Source of the DNA: an uncultured delta proteobacterium
Lineage (GTDB): Bacteria > Desulfobacterota > Desulfobacteria > Desulfobacterales > JAFDCJ01
Assembly (NCBI GenBank): GCA_963769935.1
Contig: CAVYNY010000020.1
Location: forward strand, 352,001-416,000
Direction of reading: 5' to 3'
Length of the DNA stretch: 64,000 nucleotides
The notes beneath the pieces are model-generated. The model searched no databases, was not told the origin of the DNA, and worked only from the letters and a program-made list of their open reading frames with translations. The translations under genes and the position numbers were made by a program. This document shows, in pieces, positions 36,791 to 47,131 of the stretch. The stretch's first letter is position 1; the number at the start of each line of letters is the position of its first letter.

Positions 36791-37639
36791 ATGGAACCAA
36801 TCAACGCCAGCAGAAAAATTATCGTGGCCGTCGCACCGGTGGGCAGAGACATAAACCCGCCGTCGGTCAATCCGCTTACGCCCGAAGAAGTCGCCCATGA
36901 GGTAATTGCCTGCAGCCGGGCCGGTGCAAGCTTTGTACACTTGCATGTGCGGGATGATAAAGGCAACCAGACCGATGACCCGACTCATTTTTCACGGACC
37001 CTTGATCTTATCAGAGCATCATCCGAGATCATCATCCAGGGATCCACCGGCGGCTTGTCGTCACTCTCCCTGGAAGAGCGGTGCGTGTCTCTGAACGATC
37101 CGCGGGTAGAGGTTGCGTCTTTGAATATGGGGTCGGTGAATTTCGGCGAAGATGTCTATGTCAACCGAATGCCTGACATCCGTTACTGGGCGCACAGGAT
37201 GCAGGAAACAAATGTTATTCCCGAACTGGAAATATTTGAAGCCGGTATGCTGACGGCCGTCATCAAACTGGTGGATGAACAAGTTTTGAAACCACCTTTT
37301 GCCTTCGGATTCTGTCTGGGGTTCCACTGGGCCCTGCCGGCTGATCCGGCCAGCCTGCTTTTTTTAAGGTCGCGGTTGCCCCGGGTTGCTCCCTGGGGCG
37401 TTGTCCATGAAAGCATGCAGGATTTCTCTTTGCTGGCTGCGGCCATCGGTATGGGGGCTACCGCTATCAGAGTCGGATTTGAGGACAGTGTTTTTTATGC
37501 GCCGGGCAAAGCGGCCGCCACCAATGCCGAACTGGTTGAAAAAATCGTGTCGCTCGTCCGACAGATCGGTTATGAAGTGGCGACGCCTGCGGAGGCCCGC
37601 GGTTTGCTCGGGCTTAAAGAGAAGGCCATAACTAAGTAG
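36791..37639 (+). CDS. Beta-keto acid cleavage enzyme family (BKACE/DUF849, Kce-like)
   Basis: IIVAVAPVG, PLTPEE, AGASFVHLHVRD, QGSTGG, ASLNMGSVNFG, PELEIFE, RVGFED. Confidence 0.92.
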   Translation: MEPINASRKIIVAVAPVGRDINPPSVNPLTPEEVAHEVIACSRAGASFVHLHVRDDKGNQTDDPTHFSRTLDLIRASSEIIIQGSTGGLSSLSLEERCVSLNDPRVEVASLNMGSVNFGEDVYVNRMPDIRYWAHRMQETNVIPELEIFEAGMLTAVIKLVDEQVLKPPFAFGFCLGFHWALPADPASLLFLRSRLPRVAPWGVVHESMQDFSLLAAAIGMGATAIRVGFEDSVFYAPGKAAATNAELVEKIVSLVRQIGYEVATPAEARGLLGLKEKAITK

Positions 37640-37738
37640 GCATAAGGCTGTCCATGCGAATTATCAGGATTTTACCTATTAGGAAATGGCTTGCGGAACA
37701 AGGCTCAAGGTGAAGGATAATTTTCGATATTCATTATT

Positions 37739-37891
37739 GATGAAGACGTAAAAAGCGGAGATTCCCGATTTTGCTGGATTCCCGCCTGCGCGGGAATGAC
37801 AGTTATGATATTAATATCGATTAGTTAAAACAGCCGCCATACCCGCGAAAGCGGGTATCCAGTCGTCAGAATGACTTTTTACGATATCATC
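37739..37891. mobile_element. REP/MITE-like element with dRS3-like palindromes
   Basis: Termini GATGAAGACGTAAAAAG / CTTTTTACGATATCATC; internal CTGGATTCCCGCCTGCGCGGGAATGAC and an inverted copy GCCATACCCGCGAAAGCGGGTATCCAG. Confidence 0.8.
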
Positions 37892-37989
37892 TTTCTTTCC
37901 GTGCTAACCGGCTGAAGTTTTTTATATTGCCTCTTTTAGCATCTTGTCTTAAATTCAAGTCAAATTCCAACAAATAAAGGAGGCCCAGC

Positions 37990-38454
37990 ATGGCAAAGAC
38001 GGTTGCAGAAATCCTGGATATGGCGATTGGCAGGGAGGAGGCGGCTTATGAATTTTACATGGACATTTTCAACAAAGTGGCAGATGCAAGTGTTAAGGAT
38101 ACCGTCCAGTTTATTGCCGGTGAAGAAAAGAAGCACAAAGCATTCCTGGTCGGCTACCGTGATGGAAATTACGGCGCCGACGCCTTGAGAATGGCCGATG
38201 TCGTCGACTATAAGGTCGCTGAATACCTCGAAGAACCGGAAATCGCGAATGATTCCTCCCGCGAGGAAATTTATCTGATTGCCGCCCACCGTGAAGCCCG
38301 ATCTCATCGTTTCTACTCGGAACTTGCCAACATGCACGCCGACGGCGAACTGAAAACAATGCTGTTGAAAATGTCCAACGAGGAATTGAAACATAAGGAA
38401 AAGATGGAGTATCTGTATGCCAATACCGCGTTTCCTCAGACCTCGGGAGGATAA
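37990..38454 (+). CDS. Rubrerythrin/ferritin-like diiron protein (no rubredoxin domain)
   Basis: Duplicated E...FY...EExxH motifs (REEAAYEFY/EEKKH; REARSHRFY/EELKH). Confidence 0.88.
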   Translation: MAKTVAEILDMAIGREEAAYEFYMDIFNKVADASVKDTVQFIAGEEKKHKAFLVGYRDGNYGADALRMADVVDYKVAEYLEEPEIANDSSREEIYLIAAHREARSHRFYSELANMHADGELKTMLLKMSNEELKHKEKMEYLYANTAFPQTSGG

Positions 38455-38530
38455 GCACACGTTGTCGAGTTGGGTGGGCTTTGCTATCTTCCCAGGGCCT
38501 TGAGCTCAAGAACAATGAAGCGGAATCTTA

Positions 38531-38669
38531 AAATAACAAATCCCAAATTTCAAATATCAAACAAATCCCAATGACCTAAATTCAAAATACCAAACCAGGC
38601 GTGTTTCTGTCATTGAATATTGGTGCTTGGGTATTGTTTGTAATTTGGTGCTTGAAATTTGGGATTTTT
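38531..38669. repeat. Inverted heptamer element, CAAATnn family
   Basis: AAATAAC AAATCCC AAATTTC AAATATC ... CAATGACC ... GTCATTG ... TTTGGTGC TTGAAAT TTGGGAT; between convergent genes; related to 55817-55940. Confidence 0.85.
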
Positions 38670-38743
38670 CAAGTCCCGGGTTATGCGTTAAACTTTTCAG
38701 CACATGTTTTTCATGACTCACAACCCGGAACCCACATCCTACA

Positions 38744-39190
38744 TTATTCCGTTTCCACCGGTATCGTGGTGACCGGCACCGGTGAGTTTTTCAAAACCTT
38801 TTCCGTCACACTGCCGAAACGGAAATTGCCCTGGGCCCCATGACTGGCCATTACCACCAGGTCCACTTTCTCTTCGTCAATCAGTTTTAAAATTTCCTGG
38901 GCCGGGTCGCCTACCGCAATGTGTTTGACATACAAGGGGCAGCTGTCCAAATACTTTTCACAGACCTGCTCCAGCCGCTTTTTGGCGGATTTATCAGCCC
39001 ATTCCATCAGTTTGTCAATATGGGTTTTTTCGAATTCCCCATACCATCCCTCATGATGGGCAATGTCTTCGATAACATAGAGGACGTGGATTTCGGCGCC
39101 ATATTTTTGGGTCAGATCGGTTACATAGGGCAGCGCTTTTTCGGCACTGCTGGAAAAATCGGTCGGCCAGAGAACCTTCTTTACTTCCAT
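38744..39190 (-). CDS. Universal stress protein
   Basis: KVLWPTDFS, GDPAQEI, DLVVMASHG, FGSVTEKVLKNSPVPV. Confidence 0.93.
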   Translation of the reverse strand: MEVKKVLWPTDFSSSAEKALPYVTDLTQKYGAEIHVLYVIEDIAHHEGWYGEFEKTHIDKLMEWADKSAKKRLEQVCEKYLDSCPLYVKHIAVGDPAQEILKLIDEEKVDLVVMASHGAQGNFRFGSVTEKVLKNSPVPVTTIPVETE

Positions 39191-39202
39191 AAGAGTTTCT
39201 CC

Positions 39203-41128
39203 TTATTTCTTCTCGTCTTCTTTCACTTCTTCAAAATCCGCGTCGACCACATCTTCGTCGGGGGCCGCGCCGCCTGCATGGCCCGTGGATCCGGCGCCGG
39301 CGGATGCCTGCTGTTGAGCTGCAGATGCCTGCTGGTACATGGCTTCCGCCAGTTTATGGGAGGCATTGGTCAGCTCGTCGCTGAGCCGTTTAATCTCGGC
39401 GGCATCATCGCCTTCCATGGCTTTTTTCAAACCGGAGACCGCTTCTTCAACCTTGGCTTTCGTGCTGCTGTCGACTTTGCTGCCGAGTTCCTTAATGGAC
39501 TTTTCGGTTGAATAGATGAGCGCATCGGCCGAATTGCGTGCTTCAACCAGTTCGCGTTTCTTTTTGTCATCTTCCGCATGCATTTCGGCGTCTTTTACCA
39601 GATTGTTGATTTCTTCCTTGGACAAACCTGAGGATGCGGTGATCTGAATGGACTGTTCCTTGCCGGTGGCCTGGTCTTTGGCCGATACGTTGACGATTCC
39701 GTTGGCATCGATGTCAAAGGTAACTTCAATTTGAGGAATCCCCCTGGGAGCCGGGGGAATACCGACCAGCTCGAATCTTCCCAGGGTTTTATTGTTGGCG
39801 GCCATCTCGCGTTCACCCTGCAGTACATGGATGGATACTGCCGGCTGGCTGTCGGCGGCGGTTGAAAAAGTCTGGCTTTTTCTGGTCGGGATGGTCGTGT
39901 TTTTTTCAATCAGCTTGGTCATGACACCGCCCAGGGTTTCAATCCCCAGTGACAGTGGCGTGACATCAAGCAAAAGGACATCTTTGACATCGCCCTTTAA
40001 TACACCGCCCTGAATGGCCGCACCCAGGGCGACTACTTCATCCGGGTTTACCCCCCTGTGCGGCTCCTTGCCGAAAATCGCTTTGACCCGCTCCTGAACC
40101 GCCGGCATGCGGGTCATGCCGCCGACCAGTATAACCTCATCAATTTCGCCGGCCGATAAACCGGCGTCTTTCATGGCCATCCGGCAGGGATTTTCCAGTT
40201 TATCCAGCAAGGCGCCCACCACGGACTCGAGTTTGGCCCGCGAGATTTTGATGTTTAAATGTTTAGGACCGCTGGCATCGGCGGTGATAAAGGGAAGATT
40301 GACATCGGTTTCCATTGAGGTGGAAAGCTCCATTTTGGCTTTTTCAGCTGCTTCCTTCAAACGCTGCAGCGCCATTTTGTCGTTTCTTAGGTCAATACCC
40401 TGGTCCCTTTTAAATTCATCGGCCAGGTAATCGATGAGCCGCAGATCGAAGTCTTCACCGCCCAGGTGGGTGTCGCCGTTGGTGGCTTTAACTTCGAATA
40501 CTCCCTCGCCGATTTCGAGAATCGATATATCAAAAGTTCCGCCGCCAAGATCGAAGACGGCAATTTTTTCCTCCTTTTTTTTATCCAGGCCATAAGCCAA
40601 GGAGGCTGCCGTCGGCTCGTTGATGATTCTTAAAACATTGAGGCCCGCAATTTTACCGGCATCTTTGGTTGCCTGGCGCTGGCTGTCGTCGAAATAGGCC
40701 GGTACCGTAATTACCGCATCGGTCACCTTCTCACCAAGATATTGTTCGGCGGTATTTTTAATGTTGGCCAGAATAAAGGATGATATTTCTGCGGGACTGT
40801 ATTGTTTTCCTCTAATGCTTATGCGGACGTCGCCGTTGCCGGCCTGTTCAATCTTGTAAGGGAGAATTTTGATATCATTCTGCACCTCTCTGGTACCGAA
40901 CTTGCGACCAATCAGTCTTTTGACGGCGAATACCGTGTTCTCCGGATTCGTGATTGCCTGTCGTTTTGCAATTTGACCTACCAACCTCTCACCGCTTTCG
41001 TTGATGGCCACAATCGAGGGGGTTGTCCGGCCGCCCTCCGGATTTGTGATCACCGTTGCGTCGCCGCCTTCCATAATCGCCACGCATGAATTTGTGGTAC
41101 CGAGATCAATTCCGATTACCTTTGCCAT
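39203..41128 (-). CDS. dnaK: Chaperone DnaK (Hsp70)
   Basis: [35 protein letters not shown]. Confidence 0.99.
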   Translation of the reverse strand: MAKVIGIDLGTTNSCVAIMEGGDATVITNPEGGRTTPSIVAINESGERLVGQIAKRQAITNPENTVFAVKRLIGRKFGTREVQNDIKILPYKIEQAGNGDVRISIRGKQYSPAEISSFILANIKNTAEQYLGEKVTDAVITVPAYFDDSQRQATKDAGKIAGLNVLRIINEPTAASLAYGLDKKKEEKIAVFDLGGGTFDISILEIGEGVFEVKATNGDTHLGGEDFDLRLIDYLADEFKRDQGIDLRNDKMALQRLKEAAEKAKMELSTSMETDVNLPFITADASGPKHLNIKISRAKLESVVGALLDKLENPCRMAMKDAGLSAGEIDEVILVGGMTRMPAVQERVKAIFGKEPHRGVNPDEVVALGAAIQGGVLKGDVKDVLLLDVTPLSLGIETLGGVMTKLIEKNTTIPTRKSQTFSTAADSQPAVSIHVLQGEREMAANNKTLGRFELVGIPPAPRGIPQIEVTFDIDANGIVNVSAKDQATGKEQSIQITASSGLSKEEINNLVKDAEMHAEDDKKKRELVEARNSADALIYSTEKSIKELGSKVDSSTKAKVEEAVSGLKKAMEGDDAAEIKRLSDELTNASHKLAEAMYQQASAAQQQASAGAGSTGHAGGAAPDEDVVDADFEEVKEDEKK

Positions 41129-41211
41129 TTGTCTTCCCTCCTTAACTTTATATCAGCAAACTTCCATCTTCTATCTTTAATCATCATTTCGAATTTTTCT
41201 GCGGATGATTG

Positions 41212-41844
41212 TCATCTTTTTTCTGTTGCGGACTTGGCAACCACCACCATGGACGGTCTCAGCAATCTGTCATGAATTAGATAGCCTTTCTGCAACTCTT
41301 TAACCACCGTATTTGCGGGAAAATCATCGGTTTCCTCCTGCATGACCGCCTCATGAAATGTGGGATCAAACGTCTGGCCCATGGCACTGAGCTGAGTGAC
41401 GTGAAATTTTTCAAAGACTTTCAATATTTCCCGATGGGTCATTTGCAACCCTTCCACCAGGCCTTTTTCAATGGTTTTCTGACCGTCCGTCGAATTCATC
41501 GCCAGTTCCAGATGGTCCACCACCGAAAGCATCTCCCTTATCAGCGACTGGTTCGAGTATTTTCGAATCTCCTCCATTTCCCGGGCGGTACGCTTTTTAT
41601 AATTATCAAACTCAGCTGAAACCCGTAAAAGACGGTCGTAATTTTCCTGAGCCTCCTGCTCTTTGGAGTTGAGCTTTTCCTCCAATTCCTTTATCGGATC
41701 CTGCGGCTGCGCCTCGTCCGCTTTTTGAGGTTCATCTTTATGGGCCTGGGGCTTTTTAACAATCGCTTCTGCCGCCGTATCATCTTTGTCGGCCCCCTCA
41801 GTATCAGAATCGGATTGGATCTTGATTATATTCTTTCCTGTCAT
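41212..41844 (-). CDS. grpE: Nucleotide exchange factor GrpE
   Basis: AEFDNYKKR, FDPTFHEAV, QKGYLIHDRLLRPSMVVV; upstream of dnaK. Confidence 0.97.
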   Translation of the reverse strand: MTGKNIIKIQSDSDTEGADKDDTAAEAIVKKPQAHKDEPQKADEAQPQDPIKELEEKLNSKEQEAQENYDRLLRVSAEFDNYKKRTAREMEEIRKYSNQSLIREMLSVVDHLELAMNSTDGQKTIEKGLVEGLQMTHREILKVFEKFHVTQLSAMGQTFDPTFHEAVMQEETDDFPANTVVKELQKGYLIHDRLLRPSMVVVAKSATEKR

Positions 41845-41890
41845 TCCTGATTATCTTCTCCCGATGTTATTGGTTGCAATGATTGACTTG

Positions 41891-41918
41891 AAAGATAAGG
41901 CGGGTTGAAAGGTTGTCA
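41891..41918 (-). promoter_or_regulatory. Candidate sigma70-type promoter for grpE-dnaK
   Basis: Minus strand TTGACA-N16-TATCTT about 45 nt upstream of the grpE start. Confidence 0.45.
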
Positions 41919-42025
41919 AGATGGTAATAGCAAGGTTTTATAAGGTAAAATGGCCGGCAGGCAATCAGTTGATTATTCAAATTCAGGTTCTGAATTTCAC
42001 TCAACAGAGTGTCGGGGTGCGAGTC

Positions 42026-42130
42026 TTTCGATTGTGGATTGTGGATTGCAGATTTCGGATTTGGAAATATGCGGTTAAATAGATGATTGGGTTAATTAAG
42101 CGGTGTGCACTTGAATTCCGAAATCCGCCA
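42026..42130. repeat. Inverted heptamer element (GGATTGT/GGATTTC family)
   Basis: CGATTGT GGATTGT GGATTGC AGATTTC GGATTTG ... AATTCCG AAATCCG. Confidence 0.65.
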
Positions 42131-42139
42131 TGGGGAGAT

Positions 42140-42391
42140 GGTTGTGCACCCACCTTCGAATCTTTTTGGAGGCATCAGGCCATCATGCAGACCGGGATCA
42201 ATCCGCGACACAAACCGCATCACTTATCGCTGCTTCCTTCCGGACCTGACGAGGTTCGCGACCGTCTGTTGCGCGGTGTCCGATCAAAATGGTCCGAGTT
42301 ATCCAAGTGTAGGACCCTCGGGCGGGAATTCAGCCCCGCATAAAGCGGATTTCGGGAAAAGGGCACCGCTAGCTCCCCGCCTAGCACAACC
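42140..42391 (-). ncRNA. ffs: Signal recognition particle RNA, large type with Alu domain
   Basis: Minus strand has the helix 8 core GTCAGGTCCGGAAGGAAGCAGC, a 5' Alu-like GCTAGGCGGGGAGCTAGCGGTGCCC..AATCCGC..GCGGGGCTGAAT, and complementary ends GGTTGTGC/GCACAACC; about 252 nt. Confidence 0.95.
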
Positions 42392-42439
42392 AGTGACTAA
42401 AATACGCCATATTTGCTTTTTTGCAAGAAAAATATGGAA

Positions 42440-42601
42440 GGTTCAATGTTTTGGGGTTCAGGGTTCAGAGGTTTGAGGATTCGCGCTTTACGCTTCGACC
42501 CCACAGGCAGGGTTCGGGGTTCAGCCAAGCCGCCGGCCAAACCAACGCCGGTCTGATCGAAAGAGGAAACTTCGACATTCGGCATTTGACACTCGACGTT
42601 C
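42440..42601. repeat. Compound repeat: GGTTCAG heptamers, one arm of element family C, CGACATT heptamers
   Basis: GCCGCCGGCCAAACCAACGCCGGTCTGATCGAAAGAGGAAAC matches the inverted repeat of 51702-51974. Confidence 0.7.
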
Positions 42602-42644
42602 CGGGACAGTTGACTTGGAGACGCGCAATCAGGTATTGTTGATT

Positions 42645-44090
42645 ATGCCAAACATTGAGCAGCAGATCCTGAGCACAGTCAGAGAAACCGTCGCGGCTTG
42701 CCGGATGTTTAGCGCGGGAGACTCTGTTCTGGTGGCTGTCTCCGGAGGCCCGGATTCGGTTGTCCTGGCACATGTACTGCTCAGCCTGGCAAAGGAATAT
42801 TCACTCCGTCTGGGGATAGCTCACTTAAATCATGGCCTCCGCAAAGAGGCCGCCGACAGTGACGCCGACTTTGTCGCTGATTTTGCCGGCCGCCTGAATT
42901 TGACGTGCTTTGTTGAAAAAAAAGATGTCGGCGCATTCCAGCGTATCAGCCGTCTGTCTCCGGAAGAAGCAGCGCGCAAGGTTCGCTATGATTTTTACGA
43001 CCGAATTGCCGCCCGTCACGGCTTTAACAAAATTGCCCTGGGTCACCACGGCAATGACAATGCCGAACTCGTGCTGATGAATTTACTGCGCGGAAGCGGT
43101 CCGCTGGGATTGTGCGGGATTTCGCCGGTACGGGCCGGTAAAATCGTGCGTCCGCTGATTCACCTTAAACGTTCGGAGATAATCGCTTATACCGTTGAAA
43201 AAAAATTGTCCTTTGTCACCGACGCCTCCAATGCAGACCTGCAATTTCGGCGCAACCGGATTCGTCATCAATTAATTCCCGTGCTGGAAAGCAACTATAA
43301 CCCCCGAATCATTGATACCCTTGACAGGCTGGCCGCCATCCTGCGGGATGAAGAGCAATGGATTGAAGACTGCCTCAAGCCGGCGTTCAACCGATGGGTC
43401 TCGGTTAAAGGACCCGAAACTATCATTCTCGATCTGGCCGGGTTCGGCCGACTGGCTGGTGCGGCCCAAAGAAGGATTCTCAGAAAAGCGATTCTTACCG
43501 TTAAAAAGGATCTGCGGCGCATCAGCTTCCTGCATGTTGACGCGGTTTTGGACCTGATTGAAAACGGACCGGTAAACGGACGTTTGAATCTGCCGGAAAG
43601 AATTCGAGTACAAAGAGACAGCGCCACCTTGAGCATTGCCAGAATTAGCAGAGACCAATTCGCAAGAATCGACAAATCGGCAGGAACAGCCGCGGTTGCC
43701 TATCGGTATATGATCAACGGCCCCGGACTGATATCCATCAAGGAAGCCAACGCCTCCATCAAGCTTAGCGAAATAGGGTGTGGCGATTTGCCCGATTTTA
43801 AAAAGGCCGGGAGACACCTGGCATTTTTTGACCTGGATTGTCTGCAATTTCCGCTGCTGGTTCGCAGCATTCGACCGGGAGACCGGTTTTCTCCACTCGG
43901 GGTAGGCGGCACCCAAACTGTTAAAAAATATTTCCACAACCACAAAATACCCGTTGGCCAGCGTCGACCATGTCCGTTGCTGCTAAGCGATGATAAAATT
44001 ATCTGGCTTGTCGGTCATCGGATAGACGATTCCGTGAAAGTCGGGGCCGGAACCCGGCGGATCCTCAAGGCCGAACTTTTGCTTGCTTAA
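42645..44090 (+). CDS. tilS: tRNA(Ile)-lysidine synthetase
   Basis: VAVSGGPDS, AHLNHGLR, EEAARKVRY, GHHGNDNAE, DASN...RNRIR; upstream of ftsH. Start may be the TTG at 42615. Confidence 0.96.
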   Translation: MPNIEQQILSTVRETVAACRMFSAGDSVLVAVSGGPDSVVLAHVLLSLAKEYSLRLGIAHLNHGLRKEAADSDADFVADFAGRLNLTCFVEKKDVGAFQRISRLSPEEAARKVRYDFYDRIAARHGFNKIALGHHGNDNAELVLMNLLRGSGPLGLCGISPVRAGKIVRPLIHLKRSEIIAYTVEKKLSFVTDASNADLQFRRNRIRHQLIPVLESNYNPRIIDTLDRLAAILRDEEQWIEDCLKPAFNRWVSVKGPETIILDLAGFGRLAGAAQRRILRKAILTVKKDLRRISFLHVDAVLDLIENGPVNGRLNLPERIRVQRDSATLSIARISRDQFARIDKSAGTAAVAYRYMINGPGLISIKEANASIKLSEIGCGDLPDFKKAGRHLAFFDLDCLQFPLLVRSIRPGDRFSPLGVGGTQTVKKYFHNHKIPVGQRRPCPLLLSDDKIIWLVGHRIDDSVKVGAGTRRILKAELLLA

Positions 44091-44226
44091 TGCGCCATAA
44101 TGATTAAATTTGCTTATAAACAACCGGGCTCCACGTGCGGCCGAAGGCGGCATTGAGCGCTGATAAGGATAGGCCGTAATTTGAGACTTGATATTTCGTT
44201 AAAGATACAGGATACTGGCATAAAAG

Positions 44227-44349
44227 ATTGAAAATCTTCGATTGAAAATTGAATATTTAAGGTCCGCCTCCGGCGGGTCAAATTGAAAATTCCATCAAAG
44301 CGATGGAGCATAGCGACCTCGACAAATATTCAATATTCAATGTTCAATC
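44227..44349. repeat. Inverted heptamer element, ATTGAAT family
   Basis: ATTGAAA ATCTTCG ATTGAAA ATTGAAT ... GGAGCATAGCGACCTCGAC AAATATT CAATATT CAATGTT CAAT; ends just before the ftsH RBS. Confidence 0.8.
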
Positions 44350-44375
44350 ATTCTAAATCCGGGAGGATAAACCAT

Positions 44376-46238
44376 TTGAATCCGTTTTATAAAAATCTGG
44401 CGTTATGGCTGGTCATCACCCTCATGATGGTCATGCTCTACAACTTGTTCAGCCAGCAGCATATGGCAGAAACCAATATCAGCTATTCCGAATTTTTGAA
44501 CATGGTCGAAAATGAGCGCATTGCGGAGGTGGTGATCCAGGGCCAGGAATTGTTAGTCACGGATACCAATCATAACCGTTTCAAGATCTATGCTCCCCAG
44601 GACAGCGATCTTATCAACATTCTGCGCAAAAAGAAAGTTGTCATCAGCGCCCGGCCCCCGGCAGAGAATCCCTGGTATATGTCTGTCCTGGTATCATGGT
44701 TTCCAATGCTGGTGCTGATCGGCGTCTGGATTTTTTTTATGCGCCAAATGCAGGCCGGCGGCGGCAAAGCGCTGTCCTTCGGTAAAAGCCGGGCGCGACT
44801 GATGTCCGACCAATCCGAAAAAGTCACATTTGAAGATGTCGCCGGCATCGATGAAGCAAAAGAAGAGCTGGGCGAAATCGTCGAATTTCTCAGAGATCCG
44901 AAGAAGTTTACCCGGTTGGGCGGTCGGATCCCTAAAGGCGTTTTGCTGATGGGTCCTCCGGGTACCGGTAAAACGCTTCTGGGACGGGCAATTGCCGGGG
45001 AAGCCGGCGTACCCTTTTTCAGCATCAGCGGTTCCGACTTTGTTGAAATGTTTGTCGGTGTAGGCGCTTCGCGCGTTCGGGATCTTTTCGTTCAGGGCAA
45101 GAAAAGTGCGCCTTGCATCATCTTTATAGACGAGATCGATGCAGTCGGCCGACATCGCGGTGCGGGACTCGGCGGCGGACACGACGAAAGAGAACAGACG
45201 CTGAATCAGCTTCTGGTTGAAATGGACGGATTTGAATCCAATGAGGGGGTTATCCTGATATCGGCCACCAACCGACCCGATGTGCTGGATCCGGCTTTGC
45301 TGCGCCCCGGGCGTTTTGATCGGCAGGTGGTTGTCTCCATGCCGGATATTAAAGGGCGAGAAAAAATCCTCAGGGTTCATATGAAAAAGACACCCACCGC
45401 GGCCGATGTCAATGTGCATATTCTGGCTAAAGGAACACCCGGATTTTCGGGGGCCGACCTGGAGAACCTGGTCAATGAGGCGGCCTTGCTGGCTGCCAAG
45501 CGGGACAAAGAAAAAGTTGAGATGGTCGACTTTGAAGAGTCAAAAGATAAAGTCTATATGGGTCTGGAGCGCAAATCAAAGGTGATTAAAGAAGAAGATC
45601 GCAAAGTTACGGCCTATCATGAAGGCGGTCATGCGCTGGTCGCCCGCTTCTTGCCAGGCACCGATACCGTCAACAAGATAACCATCGTTCCCAGAGGGCG
45701 GGCTGCCGGCGTCACCTGGTTTCTGCCGGAAGAACGAGATTTCAGGTTCAAGGACCAGCTCGAAAGCGAGCTGTCGGTGGCGTTCGGCGGACGGGTTGCC
45801 GAAGAGATCGTTTTCAATCGCATCAGCACCGGCGCTGCCAATGACATCAAGCAGGCGACCGACCTGGCTCAGACGATGATACGAGCATGGGGCATGAGCG
45901 AAAAACTGGGACCCTTGTGCTATGCCAAAGGCGAAGAGCAGGTTTTTCTGGGACGGGAAATCGCACAGCACAGGGATTATTCGGAATCCACCGCTCAAAA
46001 GATTGACGACGAGATCAATAAGCTGATCAATGACGCGTATCAGCGGGCCAAAGATGTCCTGAAGGAAAATATGGATATTCTTCACAAGCTGGCCGAGGAA
46101 TTGCTGGAAAAAGAAACCGTGATGGGCAAAGAGTTGGATGAATTGATTGTGGCGTTGAGACCCGGCATCGAACTTTCCTCAATAGAAGTTGAAGACCCTG
46201 ACCGGGAGAGCGACCAGGGCACTTCCGAAACAGCCTGA
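44376..46238 (+). CDS. ftsH: ATP-dependent zinc metalloprotease FtsH
   Basis: Two [38 protein letters not shown] start after GGAGG. Confidence 0.98.
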   Translation: MNPFYKNLALWLVITLMMVMLYNLFSQQHMAETNISYSEFLNMVENERIAEVVIQGQELLVTDTNHNRFKIYAPQDSDLINILRKKKVVISARPPAENPWYMSVLVSWFPMLVLIGVWIFFMRQMQAGGGKALSFGKSRARLMSDQSEKVTFEDVAGIDEAKEELGEIVEFLRDPKKFTRLGGRIPKGVLLMGPPGTGKTLLGRAIAGEAGVPFFSISGSDFVEMFVGVGASRVRDLFVQGKKSAPCIIFIDEIDAVGRHRGAGLGGGHDEREQTLNQLLVEMDGFESNEGVILISATNRPDVLDPALLRPGRFDRQVVVSMPDIKGREKILRVHMKKTPTAADVNVHILAKGTPGFSGADLENLVNEAALLAAKRDKEKVEMVDFEESKDKVYMGLERKSKVIKEEDRKVTAYHEGGHALVARFLPGTDTVNKITIVPRGRAAGVTWFLPEERDFRFKDQLESELSVAFGGRVAEEIVFNRISTGAANDIKQATDLAQTMIRAWGMSEKLGPLCYAKGEEQVFLGREIAQHRDYSESTAQKIDDEINKLINDAYQRAKDVLKENMDILHKLAEELLEKETVMGKELDELIVALRPGIELSSIEVEDPDRESDQGTSETA

Positions 46239-46242
46239 TCTG

Positions 46243-47124
46243 ATGAACCTCCGCAAAGCATATCATCTGGCCTGGTCGAACTACTCGCTGGAGCTTGGAA
46301 GGCAAACCTGCATCATGGGGGTCGTCAATGTGACCCCGGACTCTTTCTCGGACGGCGGCAGATTCTTCGACCGCGCTGCCGCCGTAGCGCAGGGTGAAAA
46401 ACTGGCGGGCGAGGGTGCCGCCATTATCGATATCGGCGGTGAATCGACCCGGCCCTTTTCAGACCCGATATCGGATGAAGAAGAAATCCGCCGGGTTGTG
46501 CCGGTGATCGAAAAGCTTGCCCGGCGCATATCCGTTCCAATTTCAATCGACACCACCAAGGCCGCCGTCGCCCGGCGGGCCTTTGAGGCCGGTGCCTCGC
46601 TTATCAATGATGTGTCGGCCCTGCGCTTTGATCCCGCGCTTGCCGCCGTTGCAGCCGAATTTGATGCCCCGGTCATTTTGATGCACATGCTGGGCGAGCC
46701 CAAATCCATGCAGGTTGAGCCCTGCTATGACAATCTGATCCAGGAAATCCGCAAATTTCTTGAAGATGCCGTAGAAAAAGCCCAAAAACTGGGCATTTCC
46801 CGCTCGAAGATCATTGTGGATCCCGGCATCGGATTTGGTAAAACCATTGCGCATAATCTCCTGCTGATCAAACATATTCAAGCGTTTACTTCCCTGGACA
46901 CGCCGATTCTCATCGGCGCTTCCCGTAAAACCTTCATTCGAAAAATTCTCAAGAGCGGGCATGAAAAGGACCTTCCGCCGGATCTGCCAATTGTTGAGAC
47001 CGGTTCCCAGGCTGTCGCGGCGGCCGCCATATTGAATGGTGCTCACATCGTACGGGTGCATGATGTGGCCAATACGGTAGCCACCGCTAAAATTCTGGAT
47101 GCGATTGTTAATTCAACTCAATAA
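46243..47124 (+). CDS. folP: Dihydropteroate synthase
   Basis: MGVVNVTPDSFSDGG, DIGGESTRP, DPGIGFGK, SRK, RVHDV. Confidence 0.97.
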   Translation: MNLRKAYHLAWSNYSLELGRQTCIMGVVNVTPDSFSDGGRFFDRAAAVAQGEKLAGEGAAIIDIGGESTRPFSDPISDEEEIRRVVPVIEKLARRISVPISIDTTKAAVARRAFEAGASLINDVSALRFDPALAAVAAEFDAPVILMHMLGEPKSMQVEPCYDNLIQEIRKFLEDAVEKAQKLGISRSKIIVDPGIGFGKTIAHNLLLIKHIQAFTSLDTPILIGASRKTFIRKILKSGHEKDLPPDLPIVETGSQAVAAAAILNGAHIVRVHDVANTVATAKILDAIVNSTQ

Positions 47125-47131
47125 ACTGCCT

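Noticed and set aside
41845..42020. CIRCE/HrcA operator upstream of grpE-dnaK
   Set aside because: No TTAGCACTC-N9-GAGTGCTAA match is visible; hrcA and dnaJ are not in the window and may simply be elsewhere.
44283..44375. N-terminal extension of FtsH in the ORF track
   Set aside because: The extension is read through a heptamer repeat; the TTG at 44376 follows a GGAGG RBS and gives the typical [10 protein letters not shown] start.
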